This document shows, one piece after another, positions 21,111 to 30,818 of a DNA stretch of 64,000 nucleotides (within the stretch, counting starts at the first letter, position 1; the number at the start of each line of letters is the position of its first letter). The DNA is taken from NCBI GenBank assembly GCA_963729715.1, contig CAVSPA010000007.1, positions 160,001-224,000 of the forward strand. Reading direction: 5' to 3'. Position numbers and translations under genes: made by a program. The DNA is from an uncultured delta proteobacterium (GTDB lineage: Bacteria; Desulfobacterota; Syntrophia; Syntrophales; UBA2185). The notes under the pieces were generated by a model that was given only the letters and a program-made list of their open reading frames with translations, was not told the origin of the DNA and did not search any database.

Positions 21111-21878
21111 CTATCCGAGGTAGAAACCGGTCGGGTCAATGCCTCTGAGCACCTTGACCTCCTGGTCCGTCGGCGAAGTAGTTTCGGCCACCTTAGGCGA
21201 TACCTTGAGATCCCATGCGCAGTTGGCCTTGATTCTGTCCACCGACTGGCCGGGGAAGTACTCCGCCAGGTACATCTCCTTCGTTTTTTGATCGAACCTG
21301 TAGACACCCATGGTGCTGACCACACAGTCCGGTCCCCCACCGATCATCCCGCACTTCTCGCGTTCGCCGGGGCCGCCCAGGTAGCCGGGCGTCGTAATAT
21401 AGTCCACTTTATCGACGAACTTCTTGGCGTCCTGGGGCATGATGGCAAGGACCCTTTTGCCCGACGTAGCCATGTCGTTTGCTCCCCCGCTTCCGGCAAA
21501 GTAGGTCCAGCTTTCCTTCTTGGCCCAGTTTCCTACACCTGACGAATTGATGTTCCCGTATTTGTCGATCTGAGCGCCGCCGATGAAGGCAACGTCACAC
21601 TCGCCGCGCTGCAGCGCGGCCATAGTGGCCAGCATGCCGAACGTCTGATCGGCCCCGGTGAAAAGAGCCGGGTCATCAACGGTGATCCCCAGGGCCAAAG
21701 GAGCCGTCGCCCGAATAGCGCCGCCCTCGGTGAACATGATCATGTTGGGAGCGTGGGTCGCCATTGCATATGCCGCCACAACGATCGGCAGGCCTACTCC
21801 TACGAAGACGACCTCCCCGTCTTTAATTTCCTTGGCGCAACGGATTGTCATAAGTTCTGTTAGTTTATAGTCAGCCAT
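21111..21878 (-). CDS. Family I CoA-transferase beta subunit (glutaconate CoA-transferase GctB-like)
   Basis: FVGVGLP, catalytic Glu in FTEGG, GGAQIDKYGNIN, GSGGAND, VDYITTPG. Confidence 0.9.
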   Translation of the reverse strand: MADYKLTELMTIRCAKEIKDGEVVFVGVGLPIVVAAYAMATHAPNMIMFTEGGAIRATAPLALGITVDDPALFTGADQTFGMLATMAALQRGECDVAFIGGAQIDKYGNINSSGVGNWAKKESWTYFAGSGGANDMATSGKRVLAIMPQDAKKFVDKVDYITTPGYLGGPGEREKCGMIGGGPDCVVSTMGVYRFDQKTKEMYLAEYFPGQSVDRIKANCAWDLKVSPKVAETTSPTDQEVKVLRGIDPTGFYLG

Positions 21879-21880
21879 AG

Positions 21881-22915
21881 TTACTTCCCCCCTTTCTTAG
21901 CGGCAAGTGCCTCTTCGTAAGCCTTCAGCCGGTCATCAGTATACATCGGCACACCCTTCCAGACCGCCGGATCATGGTAACCATAGTCGACACCCAGTTT
22001 TGGGCTCGGCTTAAAACCGAGAACGGGTTTCAAACGGTCCAGTCCTGCCTGGCCAAATTTCGATTTATATTTTTCGATGTAAGCGGCATGGTCTTTACAA
22101 CCGTATACCCACTCATCTAAGAATTTAGGAAGCAGTTCTGCGTGCCGCTCATATCTGCCCTGATACTGGCTGAAGCGAATATCCAGACCATAGTAGCCGC
22201 GGCAAGCCGAAGGATGGGCGCCATACGGACAGTGGACGACGGCCAGGGTCTTGAAGTAGGGTACAATCACGCGGTCAGGATCGCTTCTGACCACTTCGGG
22301 CTCCACAATCTCCTCGGCCGTAACGATTACGCCTCGCTTTGATCCCATGGCGCCAAACTCGTCGGTGACGCCGCGTGATCCATAGGAGACTACATTGCCG
22401 AGACGATCGGCCTTCTGTGCGTGGATTATTGCCACGTCGGCACGCCATGCGCGCACAACGGTGATCTTCTCGCCGGTGAACGGATCTTCAATGACCTTGA
22501 GATCCGTTGTGTTGAATTTAAGCATATCCGTGCCGATATTCCCCCGGATAGGCATGAAGGGAATGCCGAGAAAACCTGACATCATGGCGGTCGTAGCTCC
22601 GAAGTTGGAGATGTCATACCTCTTGAGCTTGCCTTCATTGAAGGCCCTGCGAATGGCATAGGGGGCCTTCACGTACCAGTTCATGATCCAGGCAGTGTGA
22701 ATCTCCGAAACACACCCGGCACCCACCATGATATCCAGCCCCCCCACGTCCGTCGAGGATTCGATGGTGGTGAGGTTCTTCTTCTTCTGTCTGATGATTT
22801 CGTGAGTCAGGGCCATGGGGACCATGATCTGGAAGCCCCCATAGTAAATAGTATCGCCGTCCTTGATGAACTTTGATACTGCATCCTTGAGCGTCATCCT
22901 TTTGTCGAGATCCAT
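21881..22915 (-). CDS. Family I CoA-transferase alpha subunit (GctA-like)
   Basis: IKDGDTIYYGGF, GIPFMP, DPFTGE, DVAIIHAQKADRLGN, PYGAHP. Confidence 0.9.
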   Translation of the reverse strand: MDLDKRMTLKDAVSKFIKDGDTIYYGGFQIMVPMALTHEIIRQKKKNLTTIESSTDVGGLDIMVGAGCVSEIHTAWIMNWYVKAPYAIRRAFNEGKLKRYDISNFGATTAMMSGFLGIPFMPIRGNIGTDMLKFNTTDLKVIEDPFTGEKITVVRAWRADVAIIHAQKADRLGNVVSYGSRGVTDEFGAMGSKRGVIVTAEEIVEPEVVRSDPDRVIVPYFKTLAVVHCPYGAHPSACRGYYGLDIRFSQYQGRYERHAELLPKFLDEWVYGCKDHAAYIEKYKSKFGQAGLDRLKPVLGFKPSPKLGVDYGYHDPAVWKGVPMYTDDRLKAYEEALAAKKGGK

Positions 22916-22966
22916 GTAATCCTCCTTTGTAATTAGTAATAGAGATGAATTAATAATGCCAACAAT

Positions 22967-23152
22967 TCACGGAAAGCAGCTCATACCTCCTTCCTCGGGC
23001 TTCACAAACCCCCGCTCAATGCGTCTCTCATAACATTGACGGCATAGAATAATAGACGCGGATATTTCCACAACCAGTGCCATAGAGCTTAAGAGAAAAC
23101 TGCATTCAGGACAACTCTGCAGCATGCACCTCTCGCACAACCTGAAGCTCAC
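22967..23152 (-). CDS. Small Cys-rich (CxxC) hypothetical protein, start uncertain
   Basis: CERC, CPEC, CRQC. The same frame continues upstream with a fourth CDEC to an in-frame TGA near 23204. Confidence 0.45.
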   Translation of the reverse strand: MSFRLCERCMLQSCPECSFLLSSMALVVEISASIILCRQCYERRIERGFVKPEEGGMSCFP

Positions 23153-23371
23153 CTCAGGCTGGCCGCATTCATCGCAGTCACGGGGAAAGATGGGAATAGT
23201 TCTTCATTCCGTGAGCTTTTTCTCTTTTTTTAAAGTAAGTAATGGTGTAGCAACAAGGTAAAGTGGGCAGTAGAATAACCAGATTAAGGTCGAGAAATAG
23301 AGCACCTCGCACGCCAGATTTATCCGGTTTTCGAAAGACCCCCTATCAATAGAGGGGTTCTCTCTACCAAA

Positions 23372-23392
23372 AGTTGATCCGTTATGTCAACT
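23372..23392. promoter_or_regulatory. Inverted repeat overlapping a TTGACA -35 box (minus strand) upstream of the CoA-transferase genes
   Basis: AGTTGA-N9-TCAACT. Confidence 0.4.
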
Positions 23393-23714
23393 ATTTTCTG
23401 AGCCCGGGAAGAAATTTCTTTATAAGAATTTTTTCTGAACAGGGCTTAATAATGGGCATATATTGCAGCTGTTACAGCGATATTTCTCGCGGGGTACATG
23501 CAAGAGAAGCAACTCGATAACGCGCTTGCCCAAAGCGTCGGATCAAATCGATGTCACCTTACATAGCGGCAATAGCGGTCAAATATATTTCAGATATTAG
23601 GGGAATATGATCGAGCAGGCAGAGGGTAGGGGATAGGATTGATGGAGCTGCGTCTCTGGCTTATGAAGATCAAGCACTCGCTGCAAGCCGCAAGATCCAC
23701 AACTCATCGCCTTG

Positions 23715-23936
23715 CTAAATAGTGTTTTTCTCGCTGAGCCAGGGTCTCGTATTGTCGAGGAGATAATCTGCGACGTTTTCATATATGCAGTCCCGGCAGA
23801 TATGGACAAGCAACATGCTCTTGATTTGCCGGAATATCAGGAGTACATCTGTGTCCTTATGACAGACAAAACATCGGCCCGGCATGTCTTCTTCGTGAAA
23901 CTGGTAATCTCTTGCGTCGTCGTATTTTGTTGGCAT
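23715..23936 (-). CDS. Small zinc-finger-like hypothetical protein
   Basis: CFVC...HICRDC. Co-oriented directly after the hybrid kinase gene. Confidence 0.6.
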   Translation of the reverse strand: MPTKYDDARDYQFHEEDMPGRCFVCHKDTDVLLIFRQIKSMLLVHICRDCIYENVADYLLDNTRPWLSEKNTI

Positions 23937-23987
23937 GTTGTTAGTTGTATAATGCTCTTTAGAAATAAGAAAACTTCTCGAGGCGCT

Positions 23988-25118
23988 TCATGATAGAGCC
24001 TCAGGAAGTTTCTCCACCCTCGGATGGGGGACGGGGAATTTCAATATACATGTTGTGCCTTCACCTTCTTTCGATGTGGCCCTTATTTCCCCGCCATGGG
24101 AATCCATGATCTTCTTACAAAAAGTCAATCCGAGACCAGACCCTTTGTGGCGTTCTTCCTTGCCCCCTGCTCTGAAAAACGGCTCAAAGATAAAGGGGAG
24201 CTTGTCCTCGGGAATGCCAATTCCTGTATCCGAAATGTCCACAATAACATAGTACTCATCGTTCCGGGCAGAAACAGATATTTTGCCGCCATCCTGCGTA
24301 TATTTTGTTGCATTGCCTATGATATTGATGAATACCCTGACCAAACTTTCCTCATCACCGACAATTTGGAATAAATTCTCCGGAACATTTACCTCAAATG
24401 TAATTCCTCTTTCGTTACAAATAGGCATCATTTCCTCGGCGCTGCGGAAAATTACGTCTGATAACCTCAAGGGCTCTTTCTTTTGTGCAAAGGTACCGTT
24501 TTCTATCCGGCTGAGATCCAGCCAGTGTTCAATCAATTCTTCAAGCTTCTGGACGCGAGCGCTGCATCTCTCAATAAGGTCCGAGACGTCTTTATCGAAG
24601 CGATCACCTGTGACCGCTTTCAGAGATTCCATGCATTGTCTGATGACGACCAGAGGGGAACGCATTTCGTGGCTCACGAACGTAATGAAATGCCTCTCCA
24701 TCCGCTCCTTTTCTTCCCTTAATACTCTTGTCTCTATCCTGAGGTTGCGGTGCTCAAGACCTCGTCTGGCCACAGCCCTCAACTGGTCAGGACTGAACGG
24801 TTTCGGGAGATAGTCGTAGGCCCCTTTCTGTATGGCTTCTACGGCAGAGACTATGGTTGCATAGCCGGTAATCATGATAAGAATGACGTCAGGTATATCC
24901 CTGGAGAGGATCTCAATTATTTCCATGCCCGATATACCCGGCATTTTAAGATCCACAAAGGCTATGTACGGTTTATTCTCCCTCGCGATCTTGATGCCTT
25001 CGACCCCTTCCCCCGCAGTCAAGACGGCATACCCCGACCTTTCCAGCGTCTGCCTGCATCCATCCCGCAGGGATTCCTCATCATCGATGATCAAAATGAG
25101 AGGTTTCTGAGCATTCAT
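23988..25118 (-). CDS. Hybrid response regulator-histidine kinase (REC-HisKA-HATPase)
   Basis: IIDDE, DLKMP, SHEMRSPL, NATKY, DTGIG, GSGLGL. Confidence 0.93.
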   Translation of the reverse strand: MNAQKPLILIIDDEESLRDGCRQTLERSGYAVLTAGEGVEGIKIARENKPYIAFVDLKMPGISGMEIIEILSRDIPDVILIMITGYATIVSAVEAIQKGAYDYLPKPFSPDQLRAVARRGLEHRNLRIETRVLREEKERMERHFITFVSHEMRSPLVVIRQCMESLKAVTGDRFDKDVSDLIERCSARVQKLEELIEHWLDLSRIENGTFAQKKEPLRLSDVIFRSAEEMMPICNERGITFEVNVPENLFQIVGDEESLVRVFINIIGNATKYTQDGGKISVSARNDEYYVIVDISDTGIGIPEDKLPFIFEPFFRAGGKEERHKGSGLGLTFCKKIMDSHGGEIRATSKEGEGTTCILKFPVPHPRVEKLPEALS

Positions 25119-25126
25119 TTTGCTAA

Positions 25127-25513
25127 TTACTTGCCCAGCGCCTGGGCAATATATCCAAGGAGGTCATCAGCCTTGACCGGTTTATGCAGTACCTTGTTCA
25201 CCTTGGGAAACTCGGCCGGCGGTTCGAACGACTGGTACGGGCCCTGCAAGTCCACAGCGCTCAACATGAATAGCGGCGTATCCTTCCCGGTATCTGTGGC
25301 ACGGATTTTTTTCAGTACTGAGAAGCCTTCACCCCATGTCTCCATCATCATATCGATAATGGCAAGGTCTGGGGTCACGGATTTCCACATCTCAACTCCG
25401 CTCTTGCCGTCTTCTGCTAAGAACACCTCGTACCCGCCCTTTTCAAGAATCAGTTTGGTGGCGAATAGAAAATCTTTGTCATCGTCTATCAAGAGAATCT
25501 TTTTCTTTGTCAT
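25127..25513 (-). CDS. Single-domain response regulator
   Basis: LIDDD, IIDMMM, HKP. GGAGG RBS. Confidence 0.92.
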   Translation of the reverse strand: MTKKKILLIDDDKDFLFATKLILEKGGYEVFLAEDGKSGVEMWKSVTPDLAIIDMMMETWGEGFSVLKKIRATDTGKDTPLFMLSAVDLQGPYQSFEPPAEFPKVNKVLHKPVKADDLLGYIAQALGK

Positions 25514-25552
25514 CGTTCATTACCTCCATTCTTGATTTTTGTAATTAATATG

Positions 25553-25568
25553 AGCAAGGATGATGCCA
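25553..25568 (-). promoter_or_regulatory. Sigma-54 (-24/-12) promoter
   Basis: Reverse complement TGGCATcatccTTGCT, GG-N10-GC. Confidence 0.85.
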
Positions 25569-25573
25569 GATTG

Positions 25574-25586
25574 TAACTTATTGATT
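25574..25586 (-). promoter_or_regulatory. IHF binding site
   Basis: Reverse complement AATCAAtaagTTA matches WATCAANNNNTTR and lies between the UAS and the promoter. Confidence 0.7.
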
Positions 25587-25631
25587 TATAAAGAAGAAAT
25601 ATGGAGAGTAGTAGGAAAGGCGGACATTTGA

Positions 25632-25667
25632 GGGGCGAAACTCCCCCTCCCTGAGGCGGATAACCCC
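25632..25667. promoter_or_regulatory. Tandem enhancer (UAS) boxes
   Basis: GGGGcgaaactCCCC (25632-25646) and GAGGcggataaCCCC (25653-25667), starts 21 bp apart. Confidence 0.75.
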
Positions 25668-25684
25668 TTGCGGCAATGTTTTTT

Positions 25685-27040
25685 CTAACGATGCTCCATC
25701 TTTATACCGTAATTGCGCATTTTTATCCGGAGAGTCTTCCTGTCAATACCGAGGAATTTTGCCGTCTTGTTGATCTGGAAGTGAAAGTGGTTGAGGGCCT
25801 TTAGTATGTGTTCCTTTTCCACATCTATCAGAGTCATCCTGCCGGTGGAAGAATCCACCACAGGGGCTTTTGCGTGATCTTCCTGACCATAGTAAAATAT
25901 ATCAGACAGGTTAACGACCTCATGGTCGCACAGCACACACAGACGCTCGACGATGTTCTTTAGTTCCCGGATATTACCGGGCCATCTGTATGATACGAGC
26001 GACTTCTTCGCCTCTTCCGAAAATGATCGCACCTTGCTTTCGTACTTCGTTATGAATATATTAAGGTAATGGTGGGCTATGGGGAGGATGTCGGCTTTAT
26101 GTTCTCTCAGTGGTTTTATGGGGAGAGGCACGACGGAAAGCCTGTAAAATAGATCCTCCCTGAACCTCCCCGCTTCGATTTCTGCGCGGATATCCTTATT
26201 CGTTGCAGCAATCAGCCTGACATCTATCCGTTCCGGTGACGATCTGCCAACCTTGGGCACCTCCTGTTCCTGAATTACCCTAAGCAGTTTCGCTTGGATG
26301 TTGAGGTTGATGTTGGAAATCTCGTCAAGAAATAATGTTCCCTTATCTGCCATCTGGAAACGGCCCTCACGCGACTCCGTAGCGCCGCTGAATGCCCCTT
26401 TGACATGTCCGAATAATTCACTCTCCATGAGGGTCTCTACCAGAGAGGAACAATCGACGGGAATGAAGGGTTGATTGGCTCTCTTGCTGAGATTGTGGAT
26501 GGTGCGCGCCACAAGTTCTTTTCCCGTACCGCTTTCTCCTGTGATGAGGACGGTACTGTCGGTTTGTGCTATCCGGTTGATGGATTCCTTAAGCTCTTTC
26601 ATATAGTCGCTCGTGCCGAATAGCAGGGACAGTCTCTTATCCGCATTGCCCTCGTCCCGCTTGAGGGCATCCTCGACAACGCGATTCAGATCGGCTGCGG
26701 AATAGGGCTTCGTCAGGAAATTGAAGGCGCCCTGCCTCATTGCCTCAACGGCAATGGAGATGCTGCCATAGCCGGTGATAACAATGATTCTTGCGGAGAT
26801 GTTTCTTTCGACTTTCAGCTTTGCGAGAATCTCCAGTCCATCCATCTTGGGCATCCGGATATCCAACAGGATCACATCATAGATATCCTTGAGGGCCATC
26901 TCAAGCCCCCGAGGCGCATCTCCCGTGCATGCCACCTGGTACCCCTTGCGCGACAGCACTTGTGTGCACGCATCCCGCATGGATTCCTCGTCATCAATAA
27001 TCAGAATCTTCTTATTTTTCGAAGTCACTGTTTCCGTCAC
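25685..27040 (-). CDS. Sigma-54-dependent response regulator (NtrC family)
   Basis: REC domain, [40 protein letters not shown], Fis-type HTH. Confidence 0.95.
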   Translation of the reverse strand: MTETVTSKNKKILIIDDEESMRDACTQVLSRKGYQVACTGDAPRGLEMALKDIYDVILLDIRMPKMDGLEILAKLKVERNISARIIVITGYGSISIAVEAMRQGAFNFLTKPYSAADLNRVVEDALKRDEGNADKRLSLLFGTSDYMKELKESINRIAQTDSTVLITGESGTGKELVARTIHNLSKRANQPFIPVDCSSLVETLMESELFGHVKGAFSGATESREGRFQMADKGTLFLDEISNINLNIQAKLLRVIQEQEVPKVGRSSPERIDVRLIAATNKDIRAEIEAGRFREDLFYRLSVVPLPIKPLREHKADILPIAHHYLNIFITKYESKVRSFSEEAKKSLVSYRWPGNIRELKNIVERLCVLCDHEVVNLSDIFYYGQEDHAKAPVVDSSTGRMTLIDVEKEHILKALNHFHFQINKTAKFLGIDRKTLRIKMRNYGIKMEHR

Positions 27041-27091
27041 CCTTCTTATTTTATAGAATTAACTGTAAAACACATCTTCGTCCATGCCACT

Positions 27092-29065
27092 TTATCTGCC
27101 CGGATATGCGGGAAGGGAGATAATGAAAGTCGCTCCCTTTCCGGGCCTGCTTTCCGCATCGATGATGCCATTGTGCTTCCTGATGATGCCATAAACTATG
27201 GGAAGTCCAAGGCCCGTCCCTTGGCCGGGTTCCTTTGTTGTAAAGAAAGGTTCGAAAATATGTGGGAAATCTTTTTCTTCTATTCCTTTGCCGGTGTCTG
27301 CGATCAGGATCTTCACTGAATTGTCGGCACCCTGCATAGTGGTAATCGTTAACGTCCCTCCGCCTTTCATGGCATCGGCGGCATTGATGAAGAGATTCAG
27401 AAATACGTCTTCCAGCCTGGACTTGTCGCCCATGACTTCAGGAAGGTTTTCTGCGAGATGGGTGTTTATTTCTATGCCGTGGAACATTACCTGGTCCTTT
27501 ACCAGACTGAGGGAACTCTCAATGACGCCGTTTATATGGAAAGGCAGCATCTCGCCTGTCGGCGTCCGGGCAAAGTCAAGCAGGCTCTCGACGATCCTCT
27601 TTGACCTGTTCGTCTGGTAAATTATCTTCTGCATATTTTCCCTTGCAGGAGAATCTTCCGGAATATCTTCGAGAACGAGGTTGCTGTAAAGGAGTATACC
27701 GCCCAGCGGGTTGTTTATCTCGTGGGCCACACCTGCCGCCATTTCACCCAGTGCCGTGAGCTTCTCCGTCCTGGCCAGTTGCTGATGAGCCCTGTGAAGC
27801 ATTTCATTGTGATTCTTTAGGGATTTCGACATATAATTGAACGCCTCATCAAGCATGTCAAATCCAGACATTTTGTCAGGCGATAATTTATAATCGAGAT
27901 TGCCGGCGGCTATAGACTCCGCGGCCTCCTTCAGCATGCGTATGCGTTTTATTATGGTGTCCCCCAGTCTAAATGAGATGATAAAGGCGATGATCATGCC
28001 GAGAGATGTAATACCCAGGTTGATCCAGATGGTATTCCATTTTATGTCTCTGTACTTTGCCTCCAGAATGCCCACATAGAGCGCCCCTATGAGCTTCTTC
28101 TCTATGTCGTAGATGGGGGTATAGGTGGTTATGTACCAGTCATTAACTACGAATGCCCTGCCGACCCAGTCTTTGCCTTCCACTATGACCCTGTCATATA
28201 CTTCCTTGGACAACATAGTGCCGACGGCCCTCTCGTTGTCTTTCGTCATAACGTTGGTGGATATTCTCACCCCACCCTGAAATATGGTTGCCACACCCAT
28301 TTCACGGCCCTTATACTTTTCACCCTGGTATACGGTTTCCTTTATCTTGTCCACAATCTCATAGTCCTTGTTAAGGAGAACCCCTCCGATTATAGCGCCG
28401 ATTAATCTCTTACTCCCATCAAGAATAGGATATGCTGCCATCATTACCATGCCGCGGGAGAGTCGCTTCTCACTCGATTCAAAAGAGAGAGGAGTTTTTA
28501 TGATTTCTATCCCGACCCGCCCGGCAAGATTAGGGTTTTCCCTGATGATATCATCGATGGGTATGAGTTCCGAAGATGCCTGCGTAGATTTCTTTTCTAT
28601 GCAGTTTTTCACAACTGGCTCCCAGAGCATACTGTCTCCCCTTATTTTCGGGTTCGCCGCCCTGTAGAGGACACGCCCTTGGGCATCGACGACCAAAAGG
28701 ATATCGAGGAACACGTCACCGTCCTGGGCCTGCGTCCCTCCCTCATGCCGGATTAAGCCTTTCAGGTTCTCCATTTTGGGGATGTCATGGCTGGCTATCG
28801 TTGTATGCAGGTTTACCGCTTCTGCCGCAAATTCAATCTGGGAAGTTATCTTTTCCAGCGTCACTCTGTAGATTAGTTTTGCTGTATTGATGTCTTGTCT
28901 GACCCGGTTTTGCACTTCGTCTATTGTACTCTTATTAATTGTCCATATGCCGATGACGGTGGCTGTGAGCCCGGTGATACATGTTGCAATCAGGAATCCC
29001 ACTATCAGGCGGCGCCGGAGATCGAGCTTGAAAAGTTGACTCACCAGCCTGTCGACAAATTTCAT
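27092..29065 (-). CDS. Cache-domain sensor histidine kinase (TM-Cache-TM-HAMP-HisKA-HATPase)
   Basis: ATIFQGGVRISTNV..RAVGT Cache motif, AHEINNPL, PFFTTK, GTGLGL. Confidence 0.93.
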   Translation of the reverse strand: MKFVDRLVSQLFKLDLRRRLIVGFLIATCITGLTATVIGIWTINKSTIDEVQNRVRQDINTAKLIYRVTLEKITSQIEFAAEAVNLHTTIASHDIPKMENLKGLIRHEGGTQAQDGDVFLDILLVVDAQGRVLYRAANPKIRGDSMLWEPVVKNCIEKKSTQASSELIPIDDIIRENPNLAGRVGIEIIKTPLSFESSEKRLSRGMVMMAAYPILDGSKRLIGAIIGGVLLNKDYEIVDKIKETVYQGEKYKGREMGVATIFQGGVRISTNVMTKDNERAVGTMLSKEVYDRVIVEGKDWVGRAFVVNDWYITTYTPIYDIEKKLIGALYVGILEAKYRDIKWNTIWINLGITSLGMIIAFIISFRLGDTIIKRIRMLKEAAESIAAGNLDYKLSPDKMSGFDMLDEAFNYMSKSLKNHNEMLHRAHQQLARTEKLTALGEMAAGVAHEINNPLGGILLYSNLVLEDIPEDSPARENMQKIIYQTNRSKRIVESLLDFARTPTGEMLPFHINGVIESSLSLVKDQVMFHGIEINTHLAENLPEVMGDKSRLEDVFLNLFINAADAMKGGGTLTITTMQGADNSVKILIADTGKGIEEKDFPHIFEPFFTTKEPGQGTGLGLPIVYGIIRKHNGIIDAESRPGKGATFIISLPAYPGR

Positions 29066-29268
29066 CGTGTATTCCTCAGTGTCCTACTGCAGTAATGTTG
29101 CTAACCTGATGAAATTATATCACGACATAAATATTATGACAATCAGTCTGATGATAAGCATTTCGCCCGTTGAGAGTTGATATATTTTTTCTGTTTTATT
29201 ATTATTTTTTTTCAACTAAGATATCTCACGCGGCCTCTAAATACTTTTTTATTTAATGGGGTGAGCAT

Positions 29269-30135
29269 TTGCTGCCAACAGAGAGTTTATCCATACACGC
29301 AATCAATTATGAAATCCCCATCAGGGTCGGAGCTTTCGCGGCCATTTTTATCTGCATGTTCGCCTTTGAGCTGCTCTCGCCACGCCGCAGACTTACTACG
29401 TCGAAGATGTTCAGGTGGTTCAATAATCTTTCCATGCACGTGCTAAACACCGTCATGGTCAGGGGGCTGTTCCCAGTCATTCCGATAACCGTGGCCATTC
29501 TTGCCGCCGAGAAGGGCTGGGGGCTCATCAATTTCTATCACCTGCTCCCATGGTCCGCGATCATTATCGGCGCTGTCTCCCTCGATTTCGTCATCTATCT
29601 ACAACACGTCGCATTTCATACTGTACCCATATGCTGGCGCCTGCATATGGTACACCATACAGACATGGACATTGACATGACGACAGGGGTGCGTTTCCAT
29701 CCCGTGGAAATAATTCTCTCCATGTTCATCAAAATGGCCGCCGTAATCTTATTGGGAGCGCCTCCTCTTGCGGTCCTGATATTCGAAGTGGCCTTGAACG
29801 GCGGCTCTATCTTCACTCACGGCAATGTTTACATCCCCGGCCCCGTGGATAAGGCGCTCCGGGTATTTTTTGTGACCCCCGATATGCATCGCGTGCATCA
29901 CTCCGTCATCATGCGTGAGACGAACACCAACTTCGGCTTCAACCTGTCATGGTGGGACCGCATTATGGGAACCTATCAGGACCAGCCATCGGCAGGGCAT
30001 GAAGAGATGACGATCGGTCTCGGTTATTTCCGTGACGAAAAGAAGCTCTCGCTTCTGTGGCTCCTCTTCCTGCCGCTTACAAGAAAGAAGATAAGGAATC
30101 TCATCAACCCTGTGAGACAAGAGAAAGATTTATGA
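29269..30135 (+). CDS. Sterol desaturase/fatty-acid hydroxylase family protein
   Basis: His boxes HVAFH, HMVHH, RFHP, HRVHH and TNFG..WDR. Confidence 0.9.
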   Translation: MLPTESLSIHAINYEIPIRVGAFAAIFICMFAFELLSPRRRLTTSKMFRWFNNLSMHVLNTVMVRGLFPVIPITVAILAAEKGWGLINFYHLLPWSAIIIGAVSLDFVIYLQHVAFHTVPICWRLHMVHHTDMDIDMTTGVRFHPVEIILSMFIKMAAVILLGAPPLAVLIFEVALNGGSIFTHGNVYIPGPVDKALRVFFVTPDMHRVHHSVIMRETNTNFGFNLSWWDRIMGTYQDQPSAGHEEMTIGLGYFRDEKKLSLLWLLFLPLTRKKIRNLINPVRQEKDL

Positions 30136-30812
30136 GTGTGAAAGCGAAAGACAGATGCCTGATCATGTTTGTCAGGTTTCCCGATCAAGGTCTGGTAAAA
30201 TCGAGACTCGCAAAAGACCTCGGTGCGGAGGCGGCGAAAAACCTCTACCGCTGCTTCGTGGAAGATCTATTGGAGAGGTTTTCAGGAAAATATTACAGCT
30301 TCCGCCTCGCATTTCATCCCCCGGAGAAAGAACGCGAGATGAAAGAAATGCTGGGCGATAAATTTTCTTACATCCCGCAGGCGGGAGATGATCTCGGTGA
30401 GAGAATGAAACTTGCCTTTTTAAGATGTTTCTCGGAAGGGGCTCGGTCCGTTGTTTTAATCGGGAGCGATATTCCAGACCTGCCGGCACGGATCGTTGAT
30501 GAGGCATTTCGCGCCCTCGATGAAAAAGACGCAGTAATCGGCCCTGCTGCCGACGGTGGTTATTACCTGATCGGATTCAAGCGGGACACTGTCATCGGGA
30601 ACGTCTTTCCTGGGATCCACTGGGGAACTGATGCGGTCTTCCGAAAGACCATGGAGATTTTGCACGAAGCCGGGACGCTCGTGCACGTGCTTCCCGTGTG
30701 GCGGGACATCGACAGATACGAAGACATAGCGGCCCTCATCAAAAACAGTAAGGATACAGGATTTACGAACTCCAGGACTATGCTGTATCTAAAGACCATA
30801 GACCTTGCATAA
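30132..30812 (+). CDS. TIGR04282/DUF2064-like transferase
   Basis: VKSRLA, QAGDDLGERM, IGSDIP, GPAADGGYYLIG, DID. ATGA overlap with the upstream gene. Confidence 0.88.
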   Translation: MSVKAKDRCLIMFVRFPDQGLVKSRLAKDLGAEAAKNLYRCFVEDLLERFSGKYYSFRLAFHPPEKEREMKEMLGDKFSYIPQAGDDLGERMKLAFLRCFSEGARSVVLIGSDIPDLPARIVDEAFRALDEKDAVIGPAADGGYYLIGFKRDTVIGNVFPGIHWGTDAVFRKTMEILHEAGTLVHVLPVWRDIDRYEDIAALIKNSKDTGFTNSRTMLYLKTIDLA

Positions 30813-30818
30813 TATCTC

